Shown: piece by piece, positions 9,801 to 18,185 of the stretch
Layout of the letters: the number at the start of each line of letters is the position of its first letter
How positions within the stretch are numbered: the first letter of the stretch is position 1
Source of the DNA: Candidatus Eiseniibacteriota bacterium
Lineage (GTDB): Bacteria > Eisenbacteria > RBG-16-71-46
Length of the DNA stretch: 64,000 nt
Direction of reading: 5' to 3'
Assembly: GCA_044223005.1 (NCBI GenBank)
Contig: JBGAML010000022.1
Span: 3,934 to 67,933, forward strand
Position numbers and translations under genes: made by a program
The notes under the pieces: model-generated
What the model saw: only the letters and a program-made list of their open reading frames with translations
Database searches by the model: none
Told to the model about the DNA's origin: nothing

Positions 9801-10903
9801 CCGCCGCCACGGATCCACGTGGGCGTGGTCGAGAGGCCGCCCGAGCCGCCCAGGTAGGCGAACGCGGCACCCTCGTCCGTGAACGAGACGTCGTAGAGGA
9901 ACGCGCCCACGAGCACGTCGTCGTAGCCGTCGTTGTTGACGTCGCCCGCGGTCGAAACCGACACCCCGTAGCAGGCGCCGAGCTGGTTGCCGCGCTGGAA
10001 CCACGCCGGCGAGGTCGAGAGTCCGTTGGGCCCGCCCAGGTAGACGAACGCCGCGCCCTCGTTGACGAAGGTCTGGTCGTACTGCCACGCGCCCACGATC
10101 ACGTCGCTGTAGCCGTCACCGTTCACGTCGCCGGCCGTGGCCAGCGCCATGCCGAACTGCATGTCGGCCTGCGAGCCCTGCAGCGTGGCCTGCGGCGTGG
10201 TCGCGAGCGGGTCGACGGTGAGCGGGTAGGCCGCGCCCGCATCGTCGACGCGGATCTCGAGACCGCGCGCCGTGCGCGCGAAGGCGGCCGGCACGTCCTC
10301 GCCCGCGGCGTCGATCACGTGCAGCTGCGCGTAGAAGAACGCCGTGGCCCCGTCGGGCGCGTGGAAGGTGGCGCTGCGGCCGTCGGCGGCGACGTCGACC
10401 GCGCCTGCGCCGGAGGCGTCGAGCGCCAGTACGACCGGTTCGCGCCGCGCGCCGGACTCGGGGGCGCGGCGCAGCACGAAGCCCTGCTCGAGGCCCGCGC
10501 GGTCGTTGGCGAACCACTCGGTGGCGTCCAGCGCCTCGCGGTCGGACCACACGCGACCGTTCTCGTGCCGCAGGCGGCCCTCCGGCACGGCGGCCACGTT
10601 CGCGCCGCGGCCGAGCGCGGTCCACGCGAGCCGGATCGAGAAGGCCGAATCACCGCGCGTGCGCGAGGTGAGCGAAGCGCCCGCACGATCGATCGCGACG
10701 CGCAGGTCCTGCGCGCGGTTGGGCGCGGTCCAGCCCTCGCCCGCGGCGGTGAACTCGTATTCACGTGCCAGCAGCGCGGCGCGCGCGGCGGCGGTCCAGC
10801 TGGAATCGGGCGTGACGGCAGCGGGATGGTGCGCGGCCGGCGAGGCGAACGCCGCGGATGCGGCGAGCGACAGGGCGGCGAGGACGGCGGGGATGGTCCG
10901 CAT
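6887..10903 (-). CDS. Large secreted FG-GAP (integrin-alpha-like beta-propeller) protein with C-terminal FlgD-Ig-like domain
   Basis: Signal peptide; N-terminal domain ending YPLTVDP; 14 GDVNGDG-type Ca-binding repeats counted; tail GAPNP...DVQGRRVRTL...WDG...GVYFVRL. Confidence 0.9.
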   Translation of the reverse strand: MRTIPAVLAALSLAASAAFASPAAHHPAAVTPDSSWTAAARAALLAREYEFTAAGEGWTAPNRAQDLRVAIDRAGASLTSRTRGDSAFSIRLAWTALGRGANVAAVPEGRLRHENGRVWSDREALDATEWFANDRAGLEQGFVLRRAPESGARREPVVLALDASGAGAVDVAADGRSATFHAPDGATAFFYAQLHVIDAAGEDVPAAFARTARGLEIRVDDAGAAYPLTVDPLATTPQATLQGSQADMQFGMALATAGDVNGDGYSDVIVGAWQYDQTFVNEGAAFVYLGGPNGLSTSPAWFQRGNQLGACYGVSVSTAGDVNNDGYDDVLVGAFLYDVSFTDEGAAFAYLGGSGGLSTTPTWIRGGGLANAYFGDCVSTAGDVNGDGFADVIVGAPHWTNPTDREGAAFLFVGGSIPPLQSTATWQFESNSLALQFGWSVGCAGDVNGDGYDDVFIGAPAVPTLIGYTYVFHGSAASPYLPTLSPSWIETDGQIYSKWGYTVCGIGDMNGDGYSDLCIGAPNFAGGQAFEGRIAIYHGSGSGLDHAPALLESNVANAYFGSSVATAGDVNGDGYADLLVGEPVFGGPGTAFVYGGGPGAFNASPIWSVTTAVTTDLFANVVATAGDVNGDGFSDVLVGAGYSNLNGSTLKSGAAYCYLGGSQGISTTATWNAYGQLAQDVLGWSVSGVGDVNGDGYGDVAVGAPGWDAGSADGGAVFVYYGNATGVAASPSWQRLGAVAGENMGVCVAPAGDVNNDGYGDLLVASHTWNNIGRVQMWKGNLGGLPAGSAIWSASGPGPTSYFGYRCGSAGDLNGDGLGDIFVSASGYDGTLTDQGYACVYLGQGGTLAATPAWSDSGGQAGAQFGSSVAGGGDVNRDGLSDLVVGASGWDNGTDTDAGRVSLYYGIADGNLAGEKGLRHEVGWTHTVTGQNSALFGASTAMADVNGDGFSDVLVGFNGWDSSIVDAGRVEAFFGGAFGLPATASWAHDGDEAYDGYGAAISSAGDVDDDGFTDLLVGAVFHDGAGGPDCGRVYLYRGGAAGLAANASWTVDGLAPYSNVGHIVAPAGDVNGDGFADVMVGEPGYDVSFFDYRAGHAALYLGNQQGIPRQIFQYQACPSLCLLTTVSTLGRAASPGIYGELRPWTAKGRGRVRMQMELKGRNQVMNGSGTTLTAWGLADLGAPFPMGLAASSAAVNDPSHWRARILSKSPYFPRTPWFSMPGNGVNEGDFRMNGPVLAVEPAVDAAELVALAPGAPNPTRGGSRLSFTLPHGGMARLTVQDVQGRRVRTLVDGWRPAGPQELLWDGNDGQGVPTPAGVYFVRLEAMGREVGTRVTRVR

Positions 10904-10932
10904 GGGGATCCTCCAGGGCAGGGGTACGTGTG

Positions 10933-10961
10933 TTCAACGCCGCATCCCGCTCCGCATCACA
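10933..10961 (-). promoter_or_regulatory. Putative ECF promoter TGTGAT-N16-CGTTGAA
   Basis: Minus strand TGTGAT gcggagcgggatgcgg CGTTGAA, 29 nt upstream of the FG-GAP ATG with GGAGG in between; matches the motif at 861-889. Confidence 0.7.
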
Positions 10962-11046
10962 GATTCGTGACGCGATTCCCGCTCGTTCCCCGATGCACGA
11001 GCGCCGCTGTCGCGTGGTGGCGAACGGCGGCGCCCGGAGTGACGCG

Positions 11047-11925
11047 CTACTCGCGCCCGAGGAAGAGGAACCCGGCCGCCACGATCAACATGGCGCCCGC
11101 GACGCGCGGCACCAGCCGTTCCTCGGCGAAGAGCTTCCCGCCGAACAGCGAGGCGTACACGATGCTCGTGCGCTTGACCGCGAGCACCAGTGCCACCGGT
11201 CCCACGCGCGTGGCCTGCAGCTGGAAGAAGCGGTACCCCAGCGTCAGCACCGCGATCGCCACCAGCAGCGGCCACTGCTCGCGCGCGCCACGGCCCAGCG
11301 CCGCCCACGGCGTGCGGCGCACCGCGAGCACCGCGCCGAACACGAGCGCGTAGACGACGTGCTGGTGGAAGAGCACCACGTTGGGCGGCACCTTCATACC
11401 GCCGACCAGGAGCTTGTCCGCCACCGAGGAGATCGCGAACAGGAGCAGCGCCCCGATCATCCATCGCTGCCGCGGCGCCCAGAGCGCCTCGCCCAGTGCG
11501 CGCGGGCCCGCGACGCCGGCGCGCATCTCGAGCGCCCACGTACCCGCGACCATCAGCGCGAGCCCGATCCACTCGCCGCCGTGGAGACGCTCGCCGATCA
11601 GCAACTGCGCGAGCACGGCGGTGACGGCGGGCGTCAGCCCCATGAGCGGCAGGGCGCCGCTGATGGGGCTGCGCTCCAGCGTCATCATCACGAACAGGAA
11701 CGCGACGCCCCCGAGGACGCTCTTGCCCCACAGCACGCCCAGCGCGCGGGTGCTCAGCGCGAACGCGGGCGTCGTGAACGGCACCCACGCCGAGCACGCC
11801 AGGATCACGAGCGAGACGAGGAACGAGAACTCGAGCGCGTGCAGGCCGCGCAGCGTCTTCTTCTGGGCGATCGCCGCGGCGGCCGAGAGCACCGCCGACA
11901 CGGACGCGAGCGCGATCCAGTTCAT
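11047..11925 (-). CDS. EamA/DMT-family transporter
   Basis: 292 aa, about 10 TM segments in two repeats (GERL..GEWIG; AEERL..RVAG); 10 bp downstream of the TonB-dependent receptor. Confidence 0.88.
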   Translation of the reverse strand: MNWIALASVSAVLSAAAAIAQKKTLRGLHALEFSFLVSLVILACSAWVPFTTPAFALSTRALGVLWGKSVLGGVAFLFVMMTLERSPISGALPLMGLTPAVTAVLAQLLIGERLHGGEWIGLALMVAGTWALEMRAGVAGPRALGEALWAPRQRWMIGALLLFAISSVADKLLVGGMKVPPNVVLFHQHVVYALVFGAVLAVRRTPWAALGRGAREQWPLLVAIAVLTLGYRFFQLQATRVGPVALVLAVKRTSIVYASLFGGKLFAEERLVPRVAGAMLIVAAGFLFLGRE

Positions 11926-11935
11926 GCCGCCTCCC

Positions 11936-14248
11936 TCACCACCCGAACGTCGCCGAGAGCGTCCAGTCCTGCCCGGGCTCGTCCTTCACGAGGCCGCGCA
12001 GCGTGGACAGGTGCAGCCGGTACGAGCGATCGAACACGTTCTCGACGCCCGCGTGCAACTGCAGCGAGCCGCCACCCGCGGCGACGGGCACGCTCGCGAA
12101 GCGCACGGCCCACGTGGTCCAGCCGGCCGTCGCGCTCTCCCCCGCGGCCGGGTTGCCCTGCGTGTGCTGCGCGTCGGCGACCACGCGGAGCGTTCCCGAA
12201 CCGGGTGCGTCCCACGCGAGTTCGGCCTCGCCCGTGAGCGGCGCGACCTGCGGCAGGTTGGCGTGCAGCTTCGTGTCCTCGCCGCGTACGCAGGCGACGG
12301 ACGCGCGCGCCACCAGTCGCCGCGCGAGCCGCTGCTCGGCCGTTCCCTCGAACCCGTAGAGCCGCGCGTGTCCGATGTTCGACTTCACGAACGCCGCGCG
12401 CGACTGGAACGTGCCCGGCGTCTCGGCGACCAGGTTGGTGAGCCGGTTGCCGAACGCGTCCAGCTGCAGCCGCGTACGCTCGGTCTCCAGCCGCGCGCCC
12501 ACGTTCAGCGACACGCTGCGCTCGGGCTGCAGGTCCGGATTGCCCACGTGCAGGCTGCTGCCGAGGTCGAGGTACTGGAAGCGCTCCTCGAGCGTCGGCG
12601 AGCGGAACGCGGTGGCGAGCAGCACCGATGCCGAGAGCGGCTTCGCGAGCGCGACGTGCAGGCCCGTGCTGGCGCTCCACGACGCGTCGTGGGTCGTGCG
12701 CGCGTCCCAGAGCACGCTCTGTCCGGGCACCGGGATCTGCGGGACACCGTTCACGTACAGCGCCTCGGGATTGAGTGTGCGGTCGTTGGTCGTGCGGTTG
12801 CGGTCGTAGCGGCCGCCGATCACCACCCGCGCCCGCTCGGGCACGACGTTCCACTCCTCCTGCAGGTAACCGCCGCCCGACAGGAAGCGGCCGAACGGTA
12901 CGGGGCGTTCCACGAACTCGCGGTGCAGCGCCTTGAGCCAGCGTTCGCGGTGGCTGTCCATGGTGCGCTGCCAGAGATCCGCGCCCACGATGAGCAGGTG
13001 TCCTCGCGCCGGCGCGAGGCGTGCTTCCAGCTCGCCGCTCCACGTGGTGTGCGTCGCGTGCGGCGTCACCGTGACGACGGGCGACTGGATCAGCTCGACG
13101 TCGCGCTCGATCGCGGTGCGCGAGGCGCGCGCGGTGACGAGCGGCACGCGCGACGAGGGGTTCGGCAGCACGTACTCGAGCCCGAACATCTCGCGGCGCG
13201 CGAGCGTGTAGCGCACGGCGGCGGTCGCGCCGAACGGCGAGCCGCCCGGGATGCCGGTGTCCCCGGCCTGCATGCGCTGCCAGAGCGCGGTCAGCGTCTG
13301 GCGGCCGATCGTGCGCAGGGCGAGCGAGGCGTTGCCGCTCGCGTCGTGCCACTGCGAGTGCGGCACGGCGCCGCGCGGCGTCATGGTCTCCGCCGCGCGC
13401 CGCAACCCGCCGCTCACGCGCAGCGCGTGGCGGTCGCCGGCGTGCTCGATCGCCGCCCAGTGCGAGACGCCGTCGTCCACGCTGCTCACGGCCTCGTTCC
13501 ATTCGAGCGAGGCGCGCGTGTGGTCCGAGAACGCCGCGCGGCGCGTCACCATCTGCACCGCACCGCCGAGCGAGCCGGATCCGAAGAGTACCGAGCCGGC
13601 GCCCTTCATGACCTCGATGCGCTCGAGGTCGAGCACGTTGACGAGCGGCAGTGTGCCCGCATGTTCGGTGGAGGTCTCGATGCGCGTGTTGTCCACCAGC
13701 GCGACCACGCTGTTCTTCCCCAGCCCGCGGATCGAGAGCCCCGTGCCCCACGTGCCGTCACGCACGAGCGCGAGTCCCGGCAGATGCGCCGCGGCGTCGG
13801 CCGCGCCGATCGCGGCGCGATCGCGCATCGCGTCGTCGCCCAGCGTGACCGCCGCGTACGGCAGCGTTCGGAGGTCCGCGCTCGAGCGGGCGCTGCGCAC
13901 CACCACCTCGCCCTGGCGATAGAGCGCCGGGCGGAGCTCGAACACGAGCGGCGTGTCGCCGGTCATCGCCACCGTGCGGTCGGCGTCGGCGTAGGCCACG
14001 TGGTGCACGGACACCGTCCACGTGCCCGGGGCGAGCGAGCGGAACGTGAAGCGGCCGTCGGCGTCGGTGCGCACGGCCTGGCCGCTCTCGCGCAGCCGCA
14101 CACGCGTGCCCTCGATCGGGTGGCCGGTCGCGTGATCGACGACGCGGCCCGAGAGCACGGCCGCGAACGCGGTGGATGCCGTGAGCAGCGCGGCCAGCGT
14201 GCCCACGAGCGCCAGTGCGCGCGCGAGCGCCCAGGAGCGGAACGTCAT
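11936..14248 (-). CDS. TonB-dependent outer-membrane receptor
   Basis: Start re-picked at ATG 14248 (MTFRSWALARALAL, GAGG upstream); N-terminal SGRVVD...TDADGRF domain; plug SIRGLG...ERIEVMKGAGSVLFGSGSLGG; GNPDLQPERS, GVENVFDRSY; terminal FGW. Confidence 0.93.
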   Translation of the reverse strand: MTFRSWALARALALVGTLAALLTASTAFAAVLSGRVVDHATGHPIEGTRVRLRESGQAVRTDADGRFTFRSLAPGTWTVSVHHVAYADADRTVAMTGDTPLVFELRPALYRQGEVVVRSARSSADLRTLPYAAVTLGDDAMRDRAAIGAADAAAHLPGLALVRDGTWGTGLSIRGLGKNSVVALVDNTRIETSTEHAGTLPLVNVLDLERIEVMKGAGSVLFGSGSLGGAVQMVTRRAAFSDHTRASLEWNEAVSSVDDGVSHWAAIEHAGDRHALRVSGGLRRAAETMTPRGAVPHSQWHDASGNASLALRTIGRQTLTALWQRMQAGDTGIPGGSPFGATAAVRYTLARREMFGLEYVLPNPSSRVPLVTARASRTAIERDVELIQSPVVTVTPHATHTTWSGELEARLAPARGHLLIVGADLWQRTMDSHRERWLKALHREFVERPVPFGRFLSGGGYLQEEWNVVPERARVVIGGRYDRNRTTNDRTLNPEALYVNGVPQIPVPGQSVLWDARTTHDASWSASTGLHVALAKPLSASVLLATAFRSPTLEERFQYLDLGSSLHVGNPDLQPERSVSLNVGARLETERTRLQLDAFGNRLTNLVAETPGTFQSRAAFVKSNIGHARLYGFEGTAEQRLARRLVARASVACVRGEDTKLHANLPQVAPLTGEAELAWDAPGSGTLRVVADAQHTQGNPAAGESATAGWTTWAVRFASVPVAAGGGSLQLHAGVENVFDRSYRLHLSTLRGLVKDEPGQDWTLSATFGW

Positions 14249-14872
14249 GGAACCTCGGAGTCGCCGCCCGCAAGAGGCGTGGGGATCGTCCGGAGCCCGC
14301 GGAGGGTGCGGTGGTTCGCACGGCGGCGCGGAGGCGCGGCGCGGCGGGCGCTGCGGACGAGGATCGGGGCGGACGGCATGGATGAAAGCCCACGAACGGC
14401 GTGGGAGTCGGTGTCGGAACTCGGGGCCGAATGCACGCACGCGGCCTGCCGATACGCTAACAGAGGCCCCGGAGGAGAACCACCACATGCGTCGCATCAC
14501 ACGCATCCGTCGCGAGCACGCGCGCGAGCGCGCGGATCGTGCGCACCCGCGCCGCGAGCGGTCCGAACGCATGCGCGCCGCCGTGCGACACGTGCGCGCG
14601 ATGTGCACCGACGTTATCCGGCGAGGAACGACGCGACGCATTCCGGCAGGCCTCGCGACCGCGATCCACGCGTTGCGAAACGCGGACCGCGTCAGCGCAG
14701 CGTCAAGCGTGCGGCGCGCGGCTGTGGCGCGCACGTCGCGGGTGCTACGCTCTCTTCGTCGCACTTCCGTGTGCGCGCGGCACGACGCCGCGCGGACGAA
14801 CCTGTCCGCGATCGCGCCTCGCGCGGAGCGCACGTGACGTCGCGACAGGGTGGCGATAAGGGCGAGGATCAC

Positions 14873-16858
14873 GTGGGTTCGTCGTTCATCACGACGGTCA
14901 CCGAGCGTTGCCGCATGTGCTACACGTGCGTGCGCGAGTGCCCGGTCAAGGCGATCCGGATCACCGAGGGACAGGCCAAGGTGATCGGGGATCGCTGCAT
15001 CGCCTGCGGCAACTGCGTGCGCGTCTGCTCGCAGCAAGCCAAGCTCCTGCGCAGCACCGTCGACGAAGTGTGGACGCTGCTCCGTTCCGGCCAGCGCGTC
15101 GCCGCCTGTGTCGCCCCCAGCTTCCCCGCCGAGTTCGTGGACCTGGACGCCGGCGAGCTGGTCGGCATGATCCGGGCGCTGGGCTTCGAGCAGGTGGTCG
15201 AGGTCTCGTTCGGCGCCGACCTCGTCTCGCGCGAGTACGCCGCGCTCTTCCGCGACGAGCCCGAGCAGCGCTTCATCTCCACCACCTGCCCCGCGATCGT
15301 GCGCTACGTCGAGCGGCACGTGCCCGAGATGACCGGCGCGCTCGCGCCCGTGGTCTCGCCCATGGTCGCCATGGCGCGCGCGCTGCACCAGCTGCACGGG
15401 CCGGACCTGAAGCTCGTGTTCATCGGGCCGTGCATCGCCAAGAAGATGGAGGCGAGCGATCCCGAGACCGAGGGCGAGATCGACGAGGTGATCCTCTTCC
15501 CCGAGCTGCGCCAGATGTTCGCCGAGGCCGGGCTCGAGCCGGGCCAGGTCGCGCGTGGCGAGTTCGATCCGCCGCATGGCGGCCTCGGTGGTCTCTACCC
15601 CATCAGCCGCGGCATCCTGCAAGCCTCGAACCTGACCGAGGACCTGATGACCGGCGAGGTCGTCGCGACGCAGGGCCGCAGCCACATGGTCGAGGCGATC
15701 CGCGAGTTCGCTTCGGGCGACCTCGGCGCCCGTCTGCTCGAGGTGCTCTGCTGCGAGGGCTGCATTTCGGGCCCGGGCGTGGTCAGCGACCGTTCGCTGT
15801 TCCATCGCCGGCGCCGCGTGCGCGAACACGTCGGCCGCCGCATGGAGGCGCTGGACCGCGACCGCTGGCAGGAAACGATGGACCAGTTCGCCGACCTGCC
15901 GCTCCGCCGCGGCTACACGGCCTCCGACCAGCGCCTGCCCACGCCCGATCGCTCCGAGATCGAAGCGATCATGCACCGCATGGGCAAGTTCTCGCGCCGC
16001 GACGAGCTCAACTGCGGCGCCTGCGGCTACGACACGTGCGTCGAGCACGCGATCGCGATCAAGGCCAACCTCGCCGAGTGCGAGATGTGCCTGCCGAACA
16101 CGATCGACCAGCTGCGTGGAGCCCTGCGCGAGGTCGAGACGTCGCACGGCGCACTCGCCGAGGCCCAGGAAGCGCTGGTGCAGTCCGAGAAGCTGGCCAG
16201 CATGGGCCAGCTCGCGGCGGGCATCGCGCACGAGGTGAACAACCCGCTCGGCGTGGTGCTCATGTACTCGCACCTCCTGCTCGAAGAGTGCGACCGCAAG
16301 TCGCGCATGCACGAGGACCTCACGCTGATCGCCGAGCAGGCGGACCGCTGCAAGCGGATCGTCTCGGGCCTGCTCCACTTCGCGCGGCAGAACAAGCTCG
16401 CGCGCACCTCCGAGGACCTGGACGCGCTGCTCGAGCACGCGTTGCGCATCCTCCCGGTCCCCGACCGCATCGCGGTGAAGCTCGAACACGGCATGCGGGA
16501 TTCGCACGCCGAGATCGACCGCGACCAGGTGATCCAGGTCCTCACGAACCTCGTGAACAACGCCGTCGCCGCGATTCCGGGCGAGGGCACCATCACCCTG
16601 CGCACGGGCGACGCCGACGGCCGCGTCTGGTTCGCGGTCGCCGACACCGGCACCGGCATCCGTCCCGAGAACCTCGGGCGGATCTTCGACCCCTTCTTCA
16701 CCACCAAACCGATCGGCGTGGGCACCGGCCTGGGACTGGCGGTCACCTACGGGATCGTGAAGATGCACTCGGGCGACATCCGGGTGGAGTCGCAGGCGGA
16801 TCCGTCCGCCGGCCCCACCGGCACCACGTTCACCGTCACGCTCCCGCGCAGCGGGTAG
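14873..16858 (+). CDS. Sensory [FeFe]-hydrogenase (group C1-like) fused to a histidine kinase
   Basis: GTG 14873 after GAGGA; two ferredoxin motifs (CRMCYTCVRECP, CIACGNCVRVC); H-cluster motifs ISTTCPAIV, FIGPCIAKKME, EVLCCEGCISGPG; LNCGACGYDTC...CLP cluster; then AGIAHEVNNP, NLVNNA, DTGTG, FDPFFTTK, GTGLGL. Confidence 0.92.
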   Translation: MGSSFITTVTERCRMCYTCVRECPVKAIRITEGQAKVIGDRCIACGNCVRVCSQQAKLLRSTVDEVWTLLRSGQRVAACVAPSFPAEFVDLDAGELVGMIRALGFEQVVEVSFGADLVSREYAALFRDEPEQRFISTTCPAIVRYVERHVPEMTGALAPVVSPMVAMARALHQLHGPDLKLVFIGPCIAKKMEASDPETEGEIDEVILFPELRQMFAEAGLEPGQVARGEFDPPHGGLGGLYPISRGILQASNLTEDLMTGEVVATQGRSHMVEAIREFASGDLGARLLEVLCCEGCISGPGVVSDRSLFHRRRRVREHVGRRMEALDRDRWQETMDQFADLPLRRGYTASDQRLPTPDRSEIEAIMHRMGKFSRRDELNCGACGYDTCVEHAIAIKANLAECEMCLPNTIDQLRGALREVETSHGALAEAQEALVQSEKLASMGQLAAGIAHEVNNPLGVVLMYSHLLLEECDRKSRMHEDLTLIAEQADRCKRIVSGLLHFARQNKLARTSEDLDALLEHALRILPVPDRIAVKLEHGMRDSHAEIDRDQVIQVLTNLVNNAVAAIPGEGTITLRTGDADGRVWFAVADTGTGIRPENLGRIFDPFFTTKPIGVGTGLGLAVTYGIVKMHSGDIRVESQADPSAGPTGTTFTVTLPRSG

Positions 16859-16887
16859 GCGGCGGGCCCGGGCGCGAAAGAGCCCGC

Positions 16888-18039
16888 ATGGAAACGCTTC
16901 GCATCCTGGTCACCGACGACGAACCCGGCATGCGCCACGGCGTGGCGCGCATCCTCGGCGGCACCACGCTGCGCGTCCCCGACGTGGACGAGGAGTTCAC
17001 GCTCGAGGTCGAACAGTCCGAGACGGGCGAGGCCGCGCTCGAGATCGTGCGCCGGCAGCCCCCGGACATCCTGCTGCTCGACCACAAGATGCCCGGCATG
17101 AGCGGGCTCGACGTGCTCGACGCGCTGGCGGCGATGCGGCTCGACATGCTCACGATCATGATCACCGCGTACGCTTCGATCGAGACCGCGGTGCTCGCGA
17201 CCAAGCGTGGCGCCTACGACTTTCTCGCCAAGCCGTTCACGCCCGAGGAACTCAAGGCAACGCTGCGCAAGACCGCTGCACACCTGCTGCTCGCCAAGCG
17301 CGCGCGCCAGCTGGCCGAGGAACGCCGGCACGTGCGATTCGAGTTCGTGCGCGTGCTCGGGCACGAGCTCAAGTCGCCGCTCGCCGCGGTGACCAGCTAC
17401 GTGGACGTCATGCGCCAGCACGCGCTCGGCGACCAGCTCGCCGACTACGACGACGTACTGAAGCGTTGCCGCACGCGGCTCGAGGGCATGGACAAGATGA
17501 TCCACGACCTGCTGGACCTGACGCGCATCGAGTCCGGGCAGAAGACACGCAGCCTCGCCCCCGTCGATCTCGCGGAACGCGCGCAGGCCGCGCTCGACGG
17601 CGTGCGCGCCACCGCCGCGGCGCGCGGGATCGAGCTGCACTGCCGCGCCGAGGGCGCCGGCACCATGACCGCCGACACGGGCGAGCTCGAGATGATCCTC
17701 AACAACCTGGTCTCCAACGCGGTCAAGTACAACCGCGAGGGCGGACGCGTCGAGGTGGCGATCGTGCGCCGCGCCGGCCGCGTCGAGATCGCGGTCACCG
17801 ACACCGGCATCGGCATGTCCGCCGAAGCGGTCGCCCGGCTGTTCGGCGAGTTCGTGCGCATCCGCACCGCCGACACCGCGCACATCGAGGGCACCGGCCT
17901 GGGACTCTCGATCGTGCGCAAGCTGGCGCAGCTCTACGACGGCCGCGTCGCCGTCGTGAGCGAGCCCGGCCACGGCACCACCGTGACCGTGGTACTGCGC
18001 GACGCCGCCGAGAACGCCGTCGCGACCGAGCCGGCCTGA
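16888..18039 (+). CDS. Hybrid receiver-histidine kinase
   Basis: ATG 16888; REC (LVTDDE, LLDHKMP, AKPF) followed by HELKSPL, NLVSNAVKY, DTGIG, GTGLGL. Confidence 0.92.
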   Translation: METLRILVTDDEPGMRHGVARILGGTTLRVPDVDEEFTLEVEQSETGEAALEIVRRQPPDILLLDHKMPGMSGLDVLDALAAMRLDMLTIMITAYASIETAVLATKRGAYDFLAKPFTPEELKATLRKTAAHLLLAKRARQLAEERRHVRFEFVRVLGHELKSPLAAVTSYVDVMRQHALGDQLADYDDVLKRCRTRLEGMDKMIHDLLDLTRIESGQKTRSLAPVDLAERAQAALDGVRATAAARGIELHCRAEGAGTMTADTGELEMILNNLVSNAVKYNREGGRVEVAIVRRAGRVEIAVTDTGIGMSAEAVARLFGEFVRIRTADTAHIEGTGLGLSIVRKLAQLYDGRVAVVSEPGHGTTVTVVLRDAAENAVATEPA

Positions 18040-18185
18040 GGCCCCGCGCCCCGCGCGGAGAACGCGGGGCGTTCCGCGCCCGCCGTCGCGGTGGGCCTGT
18101 GGCAGGATCGCTCCGCACACCCCGCGCGTTCACCGGACCCTTCGCGCGCGGGTCCGGACACGATCCGGGGAGATCGTCGCTCGCC

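Noticed and set aside
7660-10140. Recurring DNA repeat (gccgtcgccgttcacgtcgcc) resembling an array
   Set aside because: It is the coding sequence of the FG-GAP GDVNGDG motifs, in frame and degenerate at third positions; not CRISPR.
7091-11353. 1420-aa plus-strand ORF and many similar long ORFs (e.g. 24570-28598, 25043-29140, 34593-37115, 54086-57772)
   Set aside because: Antisense or off-frame shadows of real genes. Stop codons are scarce at this GC content and the translations are Arg/Ala/Gly-rich with no motifs.
14249-14500. Cobalamin, TPP or other riboswitch before the TonB receptor
   Set aside because: No recognisable conserved core by eye; an Rfam scan is needed to exclude it fully.
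11381-16858. Apparent 1825-aa giant hydrogenase-kinase, and the 1610-aa TonB ORF on the other strand
   Set aside because: The N-terminal extensions are shadows of the opposite-strand genes; plausible starts are 14873 and 14248.
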